Shown here: piece after piece, positions 63,879 through 64,000 of the stretch
How positions within the stretch are numbered: the stretch's first letter is position 1
Layout: every line of letters begins with the position of its first letter
DNA from: Dehalococcoidia bacterium
GTDB lineage: Bacteria > Chloroflexota > Dehalococcoidia > Lucifugimonadales > SHYT01
Direction: 5' to 3'
DNA length: 64,000 nt
NCBI GenBank assembly: GCA_009692665.1
Contig: SHYT01000008.1
Span: 14,764 to 78,763 of the forward strand
The notes under the pieces: model-generated
The model's database searches: none
Told to the model about the DNA's origin: nothing
The model's input: the letters and a program-made list of their open reading frames with translations, nothing else
Made by a program: the position numbers and the translations under genes

Positions 63879-64000
63879 ATGAAGGCTATTGATGTTCACG
63901 TTCATCCACCACGGCAGCCCGGTCTTGCGCCGGACATCTCCTTCCAGCACGTGGGGCGATATTTCCGGCTAAAACAGCTGCCCACCAATGTGCAGGAGAT
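63879..64000 (+). CDS. Amidohydrolase-family protein (3' end outside window)
   Basis: MKAIDVHVHPP... is the metal-binding start typical of amidohydrolase-2 proteins. Only 40 codons are visible. Confidence 0.4.
   Translation, partial: MKAIDVHVHPPRQPGLAPDISFQHVGRYFRLKQLPTNVQE

Noticed and set aside
1-64000. tRNA, rRNA, integrase, toxin-antitoxin or defence-system genes.
   Set aside because: I saw no T-loop or acceptor-like sequences, rRNA-like stretches or recognisable defence or integrase motifs in any intergenic region or ORF. Absence is based on visual reading only and should be confirmed with tRNAscan-SE, Infernal and defence-system HMMs.

Overview
High-GC bacterial chromosomal segment, almost fully coding. 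I found no rRNA, tRNA, CRISPR array, integrase or prophage genes by reading. The content is dominated by paralog-rich catabolism of carboxylic acids through CoA thioesters. There are 6 luciferase-like (LLM) flavin/F420 oxidoreductases and 3 family-III CoA-transferases plus 1 acetyl-CoA hydrolase/transferase-type enzyme. There are also 4 crotonase-fold enoyl-CoA hydratases, 3 acyl-CoA dehydrogenases (two in tandem), 3 SDRs and an intact double hot-dog MaoC hydratase plus two decayed copies. A DUF35 zinc-ribbon protein is paired with a thiolase-like protein that appears to lack the thiolase nucleophile. Transport genes are 4 MFS transporters and 3 lipoprotein family-5 solute-binding proteins. 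A molybdenum hydroxylase is split into two tandem large-subunit paralogs (19.7-25.6 kb) and one FAD plus 2Fe-2S subunit pair (48.7-50.1 kb). That pair is followed by a MoaD/ThiS-like gene with a tail beyond its Gly-Gly. Other genes include gltD (5' end off the window), YggS, PadR, lutB/lutC and an alpha/beta hydrolase.

Most notable observations:
- SBP genes sit next to LLM monooxygenase genes three times, with no ABC permease or ATPase anywhere in the window.
- The DUF35 plus Cys-less thiolase-like pair, the tandem acyl-CoA dehydrogenases and the MaoC hydratase recall the actinobacterial steroid side-chain (igr/Ltp2) toolkit.
- A RAYT/IS200-like Y1 transposase gene with a decayed HUH motif and an upstream hairpin is wedged between lutB and lutC.
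- A degenerate intergenic repeat family occurs in three clusters.
- Several genes are frameshifted or truncated.

Gene content resembles paralog-expanded Chloroflexota (SAR202-like) genomes, but that taxonomic call is inference only. All calls rest on reading the ORF translations and DNA by eye. No searches were run. Start codons were re-picked where an ATG or GTG with a Shine-Dalgarno-like purine run lies inside the longest ORF.
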